Source: Azolla caroliniana (lineage: Eukaryota > Plantae > Polypodiophyta). From it: 64,000 nucleotides of DNA. A program made the translations under genes and the position numbers. Positions 25,755-40,400 of the stretch are shown one piece after another (position 1 is the first letter of the stretch; each line of letters opens with the position of its first letter). The notes below the pieces were generated by a model. That model saw only the letters and a list, made by a program, of their open reading frames with translations. It made no database searches and had not been told where the DNA came from. Location: the NCBI GenBank assembly GCA_043228905.1, contig JBHGNT010000001.1:30938001-31002000 (forward strand), written 5' to 3'.

Positions 25755-28700
25755 TTACAGATCGATCCTACCAAGACGAGAATGTACCATATAATCAAGA
25801 AAGGTTATGGAACTAAATCACTCCAGTGTAATTTATCAAGGATGTACCATATAGTTAAGTACTATTTTTGAACTCATTCCTAAATTGTAATTTTATCTAT
25901 CATGAAGTATGGAGAATGAGTTGATTCTCACACGAGATGAGTGTGTAGAATCTACAATTAAAACTAATGAGTTCATAGATATATAGGATGGGAACAACCA
26001 ATAAATTTATTCCTTCTAAAATCTGTATAAATGGTGAGGTTAAAAACAATTCATACATATCATAGAGACAAAGAAAGCGGTTTTGCTGTTTCTTTTGTGG
26101 CGTTAAAAGTTGTATTGTGGTTTTTTGATAATGATCTCCCATATGAAATTTTGATCCCCAATCTCTCTCTTTCTCAATCTGTTTTGTGGGACTCCCAATA
26201 TTCAATTACTAACCATTCTCTGCTGACTGCTCAATTAATCCATCAATAACTAAATATACACATACATCCATTCATCAATTGATATCACCCATCATCAGAA
26301 TTTGAACAAAATTGATGTTGTGAAATCATAATTACATAGACACCAATCAGATCTCTCCTCATACATTTGTCACTAATCATGCATGTGTTGTTTTAACATC
26401 CAATCCTTGTTTTCTTTTGCATAAAAAAGATACTTTGGTATATAGTATTAAGGAATCACCTTGAGGCTGTACACACATTACTTTCTTTACATATGTTATA
26501 CCTACCTCCTTGGTTTTAAGTTGGTACCTTTAGACTTACTTTTTTTAAAGCGTATCTACATATTTTAATTATTGTAATATATCAGATTTATGAGTTACAA
26601 AAGAAAGATCCCAATTATTCTTCGAGGATTTCTCATTAAAAAATTATCGAAGCATTCTCAAAAATGGACACATTCTTGAACACAAATATTCTATGGTTAG
26701 TGGTATAGTGGCATGCGAATAAATTGGAATGGATAATTAGTGGTATAATGGTTGAAACTGTGATAATATTTTCGTATGGATTGTGATTATGCATGAATGC
26801 TTATTAGAGTTTCAAACTCCGATGAAATGATTTAGAATTTTTTTTAATTCTAGAGGAAATTTCCAAAATACAATTAATTTATTGGTTGTTTGAAATAAAT
26901 ATCCCTATGTTTTCAAAATTCTTCACAATACCCCTTTGCAATCTCAGCGTTATTACTATGGAGGGTGACTATGTAAAATTTTAAAACTTGGAGATATTAT
27001 GGCATTGCCCAACATGTTAGGGGTGCTTTTTCCTAAAACTTGTATATATATTGAATGCAATTACTTTTATTTGGTTAGTTGATAGTAAGTGCAAAAGCAA
27101 TTATATATTCAATTGTGGCATAACTAATAACGGAGTATGTTTTAGGTAAATCTTATTAACAGTATTAACACACATTCCTTTTGTTTGATTTACCTAATGA
27201 CCATTGAAATGGTTCTAACCACCATCCAATTCATGCACTCGTGAGCTAGTCGTATACTGGTTTAATTGTGTCAAAAAGGCACAATACAAGCATTCAACAA
27301 AGTTGAACCTGTAGTGTAAACTACTTCAACGATGGAGCTATCATTGTAGACATTTACAAACACTTTTGTGACCATATAGTTCATTACTTTTATGGGCCCA
27401 ACTTGGATGAGATATTTCATTACTTTTGGATGTTTCATAAATCACTTATAGCCACACAAAAAACATGCTATGAGGGTAGACATTCATATATTGGAAGTTA
27501 TACCAATCCTATAGTTAAGTATCTATTGTCAATTTTATCTTGTTTATTTATGCGTGTGTGTTCACGCATACATGTATCTAGTTGGACTCACTTTTGCTAT
27601 CAATAGTCAGTAGACATGTGTACATATAAATTCATTCCAAGTTTCATGTTCATGCTTAAAGCAAAGCCAAGAAGAATTTAAACCATGTTATCGATGGATT
27701 CAAGAAACAAACACATTGCCAATACTAGATAAGGAGGAGATCTTAACTAATGAAGTTATTGTGTAAACTTGAAACTCCTATGGTAAAAACCTACTCATTT
27801 CTATATTTCCAAGCAATGAGTCAAGCATGTGACATTCTCCATCGTCATGTCCCTAAGCAAAAATATCTAGTATAGAAGGTTTACTTATAACCCCACATGT
27901 TAAAAACTAGGAAACACTTTGGAAGCAATGAACTACATATTAGAATATTTTGTTGAATTGAAAAGCTCCAATGAAAAATGGAACAAAACCAACAAAACTA
28001 TATGGAAGTGATGTACCTTTTCACTTAAATATAAATGACATAGAAAAATCAGAACCTTGCAACATTTCTTTGCACCCGATCTCCATGTAGAAACAATTAG
28101 AAACACAAACAAGATCGAGATCTAGACTAAGATCGAACGAGGATAGAGAGTAAAAAGACCTATATTTTTGTTGTTTGAGTCTATTTGATGCCAATGAATC
28201 AAACCAATAATCTTAGGCATAATTTTAAATTTTCCATGTGATAAAGTTGAACAACTTTAGCTAGAATATAAGATCTCTCTAATATGTTCTCTCCAAGTCT
28301 TCCGCTTCCACCTCTTTATTGACCAATGGAAATTGTTTGGCATACTATAATGATAATAAATATATAAACAATAACTTAATATATTTGAATTGATAACATT
28401 ACAAGTCCAAGCTTATGAAGGGATTCTCGAATTATGAGGAGAGTTTTTCAACTACATAGAAGAGGGTTGATAACCTAGAAGAATCACCTTAAATTTAGGC
28501 ACATGTTCTTTTCCAAATGGTCTTTTGTTGGTTTCACGGTTTTACCTTTTCGTGACAAGTCCAAAATATCAATACAATGACTTGCTCCCTTGGATTCCAA
28601 CCAGAGTGAGATTATATCCTCTCTCTCTCTCTCTCATGTGTTTTTTGTTAGTCAAGTTCTCTTTTAAAAAGTGCTTTTCGATTTTCTTCTTTTTCACTTT

Positions 28701-30241
28701 TCCATGTTCTCTCATATTAGCAAGTAGTTTGATTTGACAATGATGATGTAGTGTAATTGGTGACTAGATACCCACATGTCTATCAATGTATATTGATGCC
28801 AAATGCATTGTTTAAACTATTATTTATGGTTATTTAATTTAACATGACAGATCAAGCAAGTTGTTTACTTCTTATTAATATGGATTACATAGTTCAGAGT
28901 GCGACATGTTCAAAGCAACAAATTTGTGTTTAAGTTGTAAATAGGCATATATCAAAGCAATGCTATGTGCTATTTGTGATGTGGTTGATTGGGCATTGCT
29001 TGCCAAAACCACCCAATAGATATGTTGAAACAACATGAAGAGAAACAACTAGGACACAAGTAGAACAATCTGGGTAAAAAATCAGCCACTATATTGTAGA
29101 TTGGGCATTTTATCAATGACTTGGGTAGTAGTTTGCTCCCCCTAATTTGATAAACATTTGCACAATGCATGCGTTTCTTTTTCATTGTGAACTAAAAAAA
29201 CTTGCAATCCTTGTTTTGTACAACACCCCATTTCATAAGGCCAATAAAAGTAAACAAGAGCCATTGGTAATCTTGATCGCTACTTCCAATTAATTGACTA
29301 AACAATGTCACATGTCCAAACGAAATTTTTCTTAAAGGTATTATTAGCCAGAGGACATACTAGCTCGTAGAAAGAAGACTCCTTCCCTTTCTAACCATGG
29401 AAGGCTCAAGATAACACATACATAGACAAAATGCATAAGCAATGATCAAAACAAAGCACTTAGCTTTAACTGTACCTAGTTGTAATAGGTAGTAGAAAAG
29501 ATAGGGATAAATTAACGTAATTGAAACAATCTAATCAAACAAGATCGTTAAAGCCCATTTCCCTCCCTTCCTATGTAAAGTCCCAAACACAACTACATAG
29601 AAAAAGGCAAATGTTTAGGTGGAGGCAAAGCAAAAGAACCAATCTCTCACCATAAAGGAGGTTTTAGGTGGTATAAACAAGCTAAGGACTTTGTAGCTAG
29701 TGAAAGCAAGCCAACCAAACAAAGAATCCATACCACCGCTTTCCCTAGATAACACCTGAAATTGAGGTAAAGATGAATGCCAATATAGACACAAAGATAA
29801 AGACAAAGGCATGAAGAAGAGAGTTAAGAACAAAAAGATATCCACAAGATACAAATATAGAGAGGTAGCAAGTACACAAGCTAAAAAGTACTCGATACTA
29901 GAGACAAGCTAAACCATTCTGTTCAATATGGAGAGATCATACATAGGTTGTGGAAATGAGCCAACCAAATAAGTAACGCAATATACCGAATGTGGGTTTA
30001 TTCTGATCCCCCTTCTCCCTCTTTATCAATGTATTGATGGTGATACAACAACACGAGATAGTAGAAGCAAACCATTCACGATTTCGTCTCTTTCTCTCTT
30101 TCCCTCGCTCATACACAACAAGATTGGAAATGTTCCAAAATATTAGGTCCCACATGCCTCTTTCGTCTTCTATGGATGATAATAGGTTATCATCATCTTT
30201 TTCTTTTGCCGAACTCGGGACCCAAGACCCAGAGAGACACA

Positions 30242-30244
<3 letters not shown>

Positions 30245-30325
<81 letters not shown>
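30245..30325. repeat. (GA)n microsatellite
   Basis: Directly visible. Confidence 0.95.
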
Positions 30326-30326
<1 letters not shown>

Positions 30327-31096
30327 ACTCCATTTATTTGAACTCCGAGAAGGACGTGCCTCTTAGAATCAACAATCACGAACTGAATAACGGACGAGAA
30401 CTTGAATGGTGTGGTGGTGGTGGTGATGGTGATGGTGTAGCTACACACATTTTGGGGGTCATATACATACATACATACATACATAGATCCAACAAACACA
30501 CACACACATATATGATTTATCTAAAAAGGCCTTCTTCTTTTCCCACCTAAAACCTTGGAATGAAATGAATGCCACTCTACTCTCCACACACACACACGTG
30601 AAATCAAAGAACTGACCTTTTGGCCCCCCCCCCCCCCTCCTGGCCCTTCTCTCTGGCTATGGCTGCCAGTGCAGAAGATTCATTATGAAACAGAGGATAC
30701 AAATACAACACTACTACTACCTCTCATAATCCCCAAATCAGACAAGAGCTAAAAACAAAAAAAAACTATAGATAGGAGCTTTGTAAATCCTAGATAGGAG
30801 CTTCCCAGAGGATCCATTCATTATAGAGTGTATCAGATGACATAAAGAAGAAGCAGGGAAAATGCATCATTTTTAGAAACCCTGATGAGAGACAGTCTGG
30901 AAAGCCCTAATCCATACCTTCAGCCGTCCCTCTGAGTGAACTCTGGATGTGAGAATCTATAACATTTAAAGAGCCTTAATGAAGCAGATAGTGAAACCTC
31001 TAATCCATACGCACTAGGTACATTCTAAGAGAAGAACAAGGAAGTTGTCAACAGAGATATAGGAAGAAAGAAATTGGATAAAGGTATAGGTTCAGA

Positions 31097-34000
31097 ATGG
31101 GCGTTTCTGCAAGTTGCCATGGTGATATGCAGAACGACCTTTTGTTAGCTATTGGAGAAGGTGATCTTCATCGTGTCAAGATTCTTCTCACCCAAAAGCC
31201 AAAGCTTGTGAATGATTCGTTCTCTTCGAAGGGTTTTTCTCCTTTGCATTATGCAGCTTCACTTGGGCAGCCTGAGGTAGATACCAATTTATTACATATT
31301 GAGTTTTTAGTCCTCACATTCTTTCGTTATTGGGCTCACTCTTGGTTGATATATTACTCACTCCGTGAGTGGTTAAGGTCATTTTACTCGAGGTCTTTCA
31401 TAGCTCTCCAATGATGTTTCCGCATTAATGGTTTTAACTGTTAGTAATTCTGGTCACGTGTAGATTTCTACAACTTCAATGTGCTCCAAACACATTGTTG
31501 TTTTTAATGCATTATGCACATCCATTAAGTGTAGATTTAGCGTCGATGGTGTTTGTTAATATTTTATGCCTTTCAATGAATTGTCCCGGTGATCAACTGT
31601 ATATTTCTATAGCTTCAATGGTTTTCCTACCTTTGATTAACATAAACAGTCTTCATGTTGCGATGGATCTAAACCTTGTAAACGACGTAGTGGTGAAGAA
31701 CAATGCTTCATGATGTCATGGATTGACACCTTGGAAGTCGTGTGTTCTGGATTCCATTTTGGTTGAATCATGATCCACTCTTCATCATCATTATTCATTA
31801 TCCAGTGCCATATGTATGTATGTATTTGTGTATGTACACGTCCACATGTATGTATGTAAGGAACATGTGTACATTTATATATGTAAGGTATGTTTGTATG
31901 TACATATTTATATATCTTGCAATGGGCTTCTAATCCATATAATGGATGTACTAGGGATTATGTAATGTATCCATGTGTGCATATGTAAGGTAATATATGT
32001 ACATATATTAGTAACTGTAGTAATATATGTATGCATGTATGTATATTCTACTGTTTGAACCTTCATGATTTGATTGACTAACACTTTTTATATGTTTTAG
32101 CTTTCAAAGAAAGTGATAAATTTACTGTTCTATCTGGCTCAGTTCACTCTTTCTCTTGTCATGCTGCTAGAATGAAGAAGGTTGTCGACTTTTTTGCTTA
32201 ACTCAATGTTTTTCATGTTGCAGGTTGTCTCACTTCTGTTGGAGAAAGGGGCTCCCATGGATGCTTTGAATAAGTTAAAACAGGTACTAAAGTGAACAGT
32301 CACAGCGAGCTTCTCAACTTCTAGTATGGAGTCTTTTTATGTACTACATAGCTAATGTCATTGGGTCCTTTTCCATCTGTTAATCAGACTCCATTGATGC
32401 TTGCTTGCAAGAATGGAAGGGTAGCATGTATTGAACTATTGATACAAAAGGGAGCCAATGTGAGTATATAGTAGAAGTATGATTTTTGTTACTCTTTTGC
32501 TTTAGTTTCTCACTTTTATTGAAACCTGTTGTTTGTTACTCTTTTACTTTAGTTTCTCACTTTTATTGAAAGCTGTTGTTTGTTACTCTTTTACTTTAGT
32601 TTCTCACTTTTATTGAAACCTGTTGTATTCTCACAACGTTCAGATCTTAACCTTTGATGCATCCCATGAGAGAACTTGTTTGCACTATGCTGCCAAAGGT
32701 GGACATCTTCAGTGTCTTGAGACAATCTTAGAGGCCGCAAAATCTCCTTCAGTTTCTCAAACTTGGTGAGTCTATGATGCTAAATCCTGGGAATCTTTCC
32801 TATTCATACAACATATGTTGTATAGCTTGATGTTACTCAGTTTTAACGAAGATAGTTTAGGGGGTTTGGCCGGTTCATCAATGTACGGGATGGGACCGGA
32901 GCCACGGCATTGCATCTTGCAGCAAGTTCTTGCCAATCAATTATTGTTCGCAAGCTTCTAACTAATGGAGCCCTTGTTTGTGCTACAACGACAAAAACAA
33001 GAAGACACACCAGGTTTACCTTCCACAAACCAATTATCAGTAGGCCATGTTTCACTTTGTTATGCATATGTCCTACTGTTTCTCGTATTGCATGTGATGA
33101 TTCTAGAGGTAATAAGCAAACTATAACTTTTTTTTTTCCCCTTGTTTCAGTCTTGCCTTTGGGAGTACACCTCTGCATTTTGCAGCTCGAGGTGGATCAA
33201 TTGAATGTGTAAAAGAGCTTCTAGCATGGGGTGCTGACAGGCTGCAAAGAAATTCTCGAGGGTAAGTACTAAGGACCATCTCTTGATCATTTGTTTTTCT
33301 TTGTCTAATTTATCAAGGTCTCTTCATTTGTCCTAGTTTTATGAGTTTATTTCAATCATCTCTTTTCCGTTGTATCATTTATTCTTTTGGGTTTTTTGTA
33401 TTTGCAGCTACACTCCCTTTTTCATAGCTATGAAGTATCGGAATACAGCATGTGCGGCTCTTCTTAACCCTTTGGTCGCCGAGCCTTTAGTATGGCCATC
33501 TCCATGGACGTTCATGAGCAATCTTGAACCTGAAGCCAAAGCTCTTCTTGAGGATGCCTTAGCACAGGCAAATGATGCATGGGAAAAGCGTTTATCCTCT
33601 ACTGACATACCAAATGCGGATACAGGAAGCCATTGCACTGAGGTTTGTTTACTTATACACTTGGATCTTCTAACAAAATGATGACCACACAAACGGGTAG
33701 AATCAATCACAATTTCTGACAAATATTGCTGAATTAAAATAGTCACTTTAGAAATTTTCTAGATGGTCAATCACTGTCAAATGTGTATCCATTTATATAT
33801 GCATATCGTATGTATGTTTTTATAATATTATAAACATGCATTTTCATACAGTTATATCCCATGAAAGATTACCATTGATGTATTATTGAAAGAAAACATT
33901 GTGATTAGGACAATGGAGATGGGAGCGAATTATGCTGTATTTGCTTCGAGCGTGCATGCACAATAGAGGTCTTAAACTGTGGGCATCAAATGTGTGCGAG

Positions 34001-34448
34001 ATGCACATTGGCACTATGTTGCCATAACAAGCCGAACTTAGTAATGAATTGCTCCCCGGCTCTATCATGCCCTTTCTGTCGTTGCAACATCGACCAACTA
34101 AGGCGAGCTCAGCCCATAAATGTGGAAGGAGTGAAGCTGAAAGTTGAGGATGAGAAGGATTACGATGGTTGGGACCTGAATTTGGTAGGTCAAGATTATG
34201 AACCTCTGGACAAAATGCAGGATCATGTTGATAATGAGAAGGATGAGAGTCGGGACTTGAGTATGATGATAAGGGCTGCCTCGAATCGATCAAAGAAGGG
34301 TTCAGATGCTGGGAACAGTGGTGGTTTCATGGGATTGGTTAGCAAAGGCTCTTTTCGGCTCATCTCTTCGGCTTGGGGCTCGAGCAGAGTGATGGATATT
34401 GATTGGGAAAATGGAAGCCCATCTGAACACAGTATTCATGTAGCTTGA
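31097..34448 (+). CDS. XBAT31: Ankyrin-repeat RING-HC E3 ligase, XB3/XBAT31-like, 8 exons
   Basis: Exons 31097-31276, 32224-32283, 32388-32459, 32644-32765, 32861-33013, 33151-33261, 33408-33642 and 33909-34448. N-terminus MGVSASC (acylation-type), ankyrin motifs (SPLHYAA, TPLMLAC, TCLHYAA, TPLHFAARGG), AEPLVWPSPW, RING LCCICFERACTIEVLNCGHQMCARC...CPFCR. Confidence 0.92.
32485..32626. repeat. Three-copy 47-bp intronic tandem repeat
   Basis: ttgttactctttt(g/a)ctttagtttctcacttttattgaaa(c/g)ctgttgt repeated three times. Confidence 0.9.
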
Positions 34449-35188
34449 ATTTCTAATTGTATGCAACACATTCATTTCTATTGGTTCTTTCATTTAGTGC
34501 CTTCATACTCCCTGTAGTTTCGAGTTTGGAAGCTTGTATTATGCTACCTCAATTAGGTTAGAAATTCAACCTTGGTTTTGCCTCAATTGGTAATCAGAAA
34601 ACTGATTCTATAAAGCATTTTGGATGGACAGGACAACTGTTTGAAGAAAAGCAGGTTGTTTGTAAATGGTTATTGGGAAATCAGATGATCGGATTCACTG
34701 ATATGTAGTACAAATGTATTGACAGAAGGATGGCAATGCTGTGATTTTCATAACATTCTTATATACTTGAAAATATTATTTGATGTGGTGTTTTTCTGAT
34801 TCCAAGTATATATGTATACATCCTATTTGTTTTCATTGGATGTTGTTCAAAATGATGGTTATCACTTAAGAAATATGTAAACCCTTTTCCAAAGGGCTCA
34901 AATGGGCATATAATCCCCTTGTCAGTCCAGAAGGAGAGGAATCAATTTACCGAACTTGAATTATTATCATGTGACGAGCTTTCACATTCTTGCCATTCTT
35001 TAGGAAATGCATATTCTCCAAATTGAAGATAGTTGCCATTGCCGCCTTCTTGAACTGATGTAACAAATATTTCTTCTTTTTTTCTCTTATGAATGAATTC
35101 TTTCTAGTAAATGTCCCAAAATAGAAATCAATACTTCACCATCCATTGACCTTATACGTAAATAGGAGGTGGATAGTGTTATGAACTA

Positions 35189-35472
35189 ACAATCGGCAAT
35201 GGTTCGGTTCGGTTTCGGTTTTCAGCATAGGTAAAAAAAAAAATATTATTTTTTTATTTTTTAAAAATTTATAATATTTCATTATTTAAAAATTTTAAAA
35301 CTTTTAAGATGTTATTAAAATGTGAGAATAAGGTTTAAAAATGAAAAGTTGTTTAAAAACAAATTTTTAAAATTTGTTTAAAAAAATAAAAAAAATAAAA
35401 AACCATTGAACCGTTTTAACCGCGGTTTTTGGCTGTTAAAACCGTTAAGCTGCGGTTCCTGTTGCCGATTGT
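35189..35472. mobile_element. MITE with 11-bp TIR and TA flanks
   Basis: TA|ACAATCGGCAA (35189-35199) ... TTGCCGATTGT (35462-35472)|TA; subterminal CGGTT/AACCG repeats; AT-rich core. Confidence 0.7.
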
Positions 35473-35771
35473 TATTATCAACCATATCATGACAAAATAG
35501 AAGGCCTAGGTAGTAGCTCTTTGTATTTTGAAAAAGCAAATGCTTGCCAAGGAGACCACATCTATATAGATTGTACATGATCAAAGCCATGTTCATGCGA
35601 ATCGATATATCTATATCCTTAATACAGACTCACAGTGAATAAGTGGTGGATATACTTTGGCCCTCTGATAATATATTTTGATTGACAAGTTATTTGACCC
35701 TATGTTGACACTTACTTATTCAACTTAGTTATCGTTTGCCATCAATCCATCTATCATCTATTGGTACTAGG

Positions 35772-36373
35772 TAGCAATTGATGTTGTTTCGGCTCAAATC
35801 GAACTGAACCATTAAACCATGGCTTAATGGTTTATTGACTCGAGAAAAAATAAATAGTTTGGTTTGGTTTTAAATGTTACTATTCGGTTTGGTTTTGAAT
35901 TTCATGGTTTAGCGGTTTCGGTTTATGTGGTTTGGTTTAAAATGTTTATAGGTTAAAGAATACTCCTAAAATTTCTCTATAGGCTGTAACTTTCAATTTT
36001 TAATTTTAAACCCTAGTTTAACTTATTAAATTTTATATGCATTATATACAGTGTCTCCTTTTCATTTATGATGATCAAATTTATGATAAGTATGATGACC
36101 AAGTTTATAATAAGTATGATGACAAAATTTATGATAAGTATAATGAACAAATTTATGATGATTTTCTCACACAAATTTATAATAAGTATGGTGATCAATA
36201 TCTGTCAAAAATGGTTTGGTTTGGTTTCTCCTGTTTTTTAAATGGTTTGGTTTAAACGGTTCGGTTTAAATAGCTTCATACAATTTTAACACTTTGGTTC
36301 GTTTTTTATTATGAATAAATGGTTTGGTTTGGTTTGGTTGCAATGCCAAGAAACCGAGCTGGGCCCATTGCTA
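35772..36373. mobile_element. Non-autonomous hAT-like element with 8-bp TSD GTACTAGG
   Basis: TSD at 35764-35771 and 36374-36381; termini TAGCAATTG...CCATTGCTA; subterminal GGTTT/AAACC arrays; internal ~24-bp tandem repeat at ~36070-36200. Confidence 0.75.
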
Positions 36374-36828
36374 GTACTAGGTAGTGGATGTACTCTGGCC
36401 CTCTAATAATATATCTGGCTTGACATGTTATTTGATCCACTGTTGACACTTGTTCAACTCAGTTAGTGTTTGCCATTAACCCATCTTATCATTTATTGGT
36501 ACTAAGAAGAGATTTGGACATTGTTTTGGTCTATTGTCGGGAGAAACGTAGATAGTAGATACAATTGATGCTTGAGATTTCATTTTGGCCTATTCTCTGA
36601 GGCATCATCTACATTCCCACACTGCAATTTTGTGCCTTATTCCAAGTAATGTTTAGGCAGGCAACATGTTGGTATCAGAGGAAGTTATGGCATGAATTGC
36701 CAACTAATGCAAAGGAGTCACAGAGAGAGAGAGAGTATGTTCGTGTGTTTTTTTCCTCCTTAGCTTGCAAAATACGTAGCGTAATGATAAGTTGCTTGAT
36801 TTCACTTCTCAGGCAAGTCTCTCTTATT

Positions 36829-36863
<35 letters not shown>

Positions 36864-37422
36864 TTTGTGGGCAATTTACATAGGAATTAAAGCTCGTGAT
36901 CAACCGCACCGCCGCCCGAGTCAAGTTTTTTGAAGGTTAATCTGTCCACTTCTATCTCTTCGAACCTAAAACTCTGTATGTTTCTATCACAATGTATCTT
37001 AATTAGCATTTTTTTTTGTTTTGTTTTCAAATCCTCCTCAATAACTAAGTCAATAGCTTTAACCTATGCGTCTATGTCTTTGTAGATGGTTCATCGTAGA
37101 ATCAAAGAGGGCCCCAATGAGCCCCTCATTTCATGCTTAAGGAAGAGAAGAACTGTGCTTCCCTTCTCTTACAAGTTCTTGATTTTCAATGTAAATACCC
37201 ACATCCCCTAATCATATATAAATTGTGGCATGTGTTCGCCTCTATGCTAGTCTCTCTCGTTATACAGAGTACTAAATAGGAAATTGTTATACTAAGCATA
37301 GAAACATATTGTAATGTTAAGCATAAAGAGATTTATTGTAAAGCAAAGAATTTAGACATTCTGATATGCTAAACATTGAAAAAGATTGTAGTAGTGGATT
37401 ATTACTGTTGCAAAACTTCGTC

Positions 37423-40400
37423 ATGGGCAAATTTTTCATTCTTAGTATGGTTTGTATGCTAATCAGTCACAGGCATGTGGAAGCCGAATCTAGGTTTTGG
37501 CCATGTCTGAAATCAACATCAAGCAATGGACTATGTGGTATGGTAAATGAGTATGGAAAGGATCATATTCAGCATGGACGTGGAAGTGATGATGGGTATG
37601 GAAAAGATTATGTTAAGCATGGACGTGGAAGTGAGGATGAGTATGGAAAAGATATTGTTTTGGGTGAAGGTGACAGTGGATATGGAACAGATTATGTTCG
37701 GCATCAAGAGGATGATGGGTATGAAAAATATATTGTTCAAAGTGGAGGTGATGATAGATATGAACAAGACTATGTACAGCGTGGAAGGGCAAATGAAGAT
37801 TATGGTGATGGAGGTTGGTCTCCATACAATGTTGTAAATGTTGATTGGTATGGTGCGGTAGGCGATGGAATCGCAGATGATACCCAGGTATGATCCCACT
37901 TATTAAATATATCTTATTGCCTCGGTCTTTAACTTGCTATATATGTATATATGTATGCACATATGGGTGCATGCATGCATGTGTGTATGTATGTATGTAT
38001 GTATGTATGTACCTCCCTCTAATGTTTAATAGATTTACATGTATCAGGGTTTGTGCCATGTGTTTGTGTGGCTGATTGAATCATTAATGGGATCCTAAAT
38101 CTTACCGTTCTCCTCATTGTAAAACCTATACAAGCCTTTGTATATGTGATTGGATCATTAATGGGGTCGTAAACCTTTCTTTTTCCCTCAATGTAAGAGC
38201 TAAATAGGATTTATGTGCCATTAAGTCTAATTGAATGTGCCATACTGCTATTAAGACTTAGTGGTGGGACAGATTTTCTAATCGGAATCGAGTGCGCCAT
38301 GGCTATATTAGTGGGAAAATCTCTTTACTATTTTCTCTTGCAGGCATTTGCCAGTGCTTGGAATGATGCATGTGTCTTAGACTTTGCAGTTCTAATGATC
38401 CCTCAGAATCGAACTTACCTTGTGAGCCCTTTGGAATTCAAAGGTCCATGTGGGAGCAAACTAATTGTAGAGGTAACAAAAATCTCAAGGCTGAACTTTA
38501 AACCTTTTTCACACATGACATCTAATGTTCAGAAAAACGTTTGTGAACTTGATGTTGGAAATGTTCTCTTAAGGGGACAAAATCCAGCACAAGTATATAT
38601 AGATTTTTTAACTAAACTCCTTTACATTCGTGGTATTCTCTCATAATTTCCTATATTTTAATCATGAAACAGAAAATCCCATATAATATTACCAACACAG
38701 ACATATATATTCACAGTTCCAACATTTGCACCATATGCATTGTCATTTAAGAAAAATGATTGCATTATTTGAGGGATTAGACTTTGTCATGCTTCTGTAG
38801 TTGGCAGGGACCTTGATTGCTCCTTCGGATCCGAACAGTTGGAACAAGACGAGTTCAAATGCATGGCTTCATTTTAGTCAACTGGATAATCTCCGAGTCG
38901 AAGGTGGGGGCGGTGTGAATGGACAAGGACACCAATGGTGGGCTCAATCTTGCAAAAAGAACAGAAGCAATGTATACATATATCTTTATTTTTTCATATC
39001 TTGGTTTTACCAATTTGCACCATTTTTTATGATATTTTCACCATTTATTATATGCTAATCAGCTTACCATACTGGCCACTTTTTCTGCAGAAATGCTTCG
39101 ATGCACCCACTGTAAGTTTCACCGAACCATTTTTGGCTTCATGCAAGTAAACAAAAAATATTCTGATGTCAATTGCTAAATTGAATTGCTTGTTGACGGC
39201 TTTATGAGAAAAATTGTTTTGGCAGGCATTGAAGTTCAGTAAGGTCAATAGTTTGCAGTTAAGAAGCATCCAAAGTATTGATAGTCCTCAGATCCACATC
39301 ATTTTTGCTGATTGTTTTGGTGTCCGTGCTTTTGATGTGCAAGTCGAAGCGCCGGGAGACAGCCCGAACACAGATGGAATACATATTGCTGGTTCACAAA
39401 ATGTCTTAATCCAAGATGCCAAGATTCAGACAGGTATGAGCTGTTATCATTGGTTATTATAACCTGTAGTAGAGATATTCAAGAAATAAGCCACAATTTG
39501 CATTGTTGATCACATCCGTCAAAATAGAGGACAAGAGAGCCTTTGTGCGCCTTGCAAGAACTACAATCGAATGGGGATAGTAAAATGACCACGGGGAAGA
39601 AAGTAAGAATAATATATATATATATATATTTACATATCCGAAAGACCATAATGGTCTAGGAGAAGGATCCATCTAACATTAGATATTGTGCATAGTTATT
39701 TCACAAACATGAGGTCCTTTCACACATTATTTATAGTTAAAGGAGAGCCCAAATTAGAGAAAGAGTAAACGAAGGAAGACACTAAGGAGCCATACTATAC
39801 TTAGCTTCTAGCAATGCGTTTAGACTTCTAATATGGCTTGCAATCAATGGTTTACAGGTGATGATTGTATATCTATAGTGAGTGGTTCTACAGATATACG
39901 TGTGAAGAATGTCACATGTGGACCAGGGCATGGAATAAGGTGTGCAAAGTTTTTTATGTTTTTTTCTAAGGTTCTTGCATGGTAGCTTTTGACTCCTAGA
40001 GAGTTTATGTACTTTTAGAATCGAAGGTCAAGTTTACTAAACATTTGTACATGTATTGGTTGATAAGTATTGGAAGCCTCGGAAAGGCCGGAAGCAATGA
40101 TCATGTTGCGCTAGTGGTAGTTGATGGGGCAAAGCTTACTGGCACCACCAATGGTCTTCGGATCAAGACATGGAAAGTTAGTAGATGAAGCACAAATGAT
40201 TGGAACATAGGGGAATTTGTTTGAATTTTCATGTAGTTATCTTAAGGTTTGTATACTTGCAGGATGGTACTGGATCAGCTGTCGGTTTTCGGTTCCAGAA
40301 TGTAGAGATGAATAATGTGTCATATCCCATCATTATAGATCAGAACTATTGCGATTCACCGAATGTATGTCCTGTTAATGAGGTCTCTTCTCTGTCTCTC

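Noticed and set aside
32485-32626. Regular repeats resembling a CRISPR array (also 36070-36200 and 58294-58411)
   Set aside because: Head-to-tail tandem repeats without unique spacers, in eukaryotic context with no cas genes
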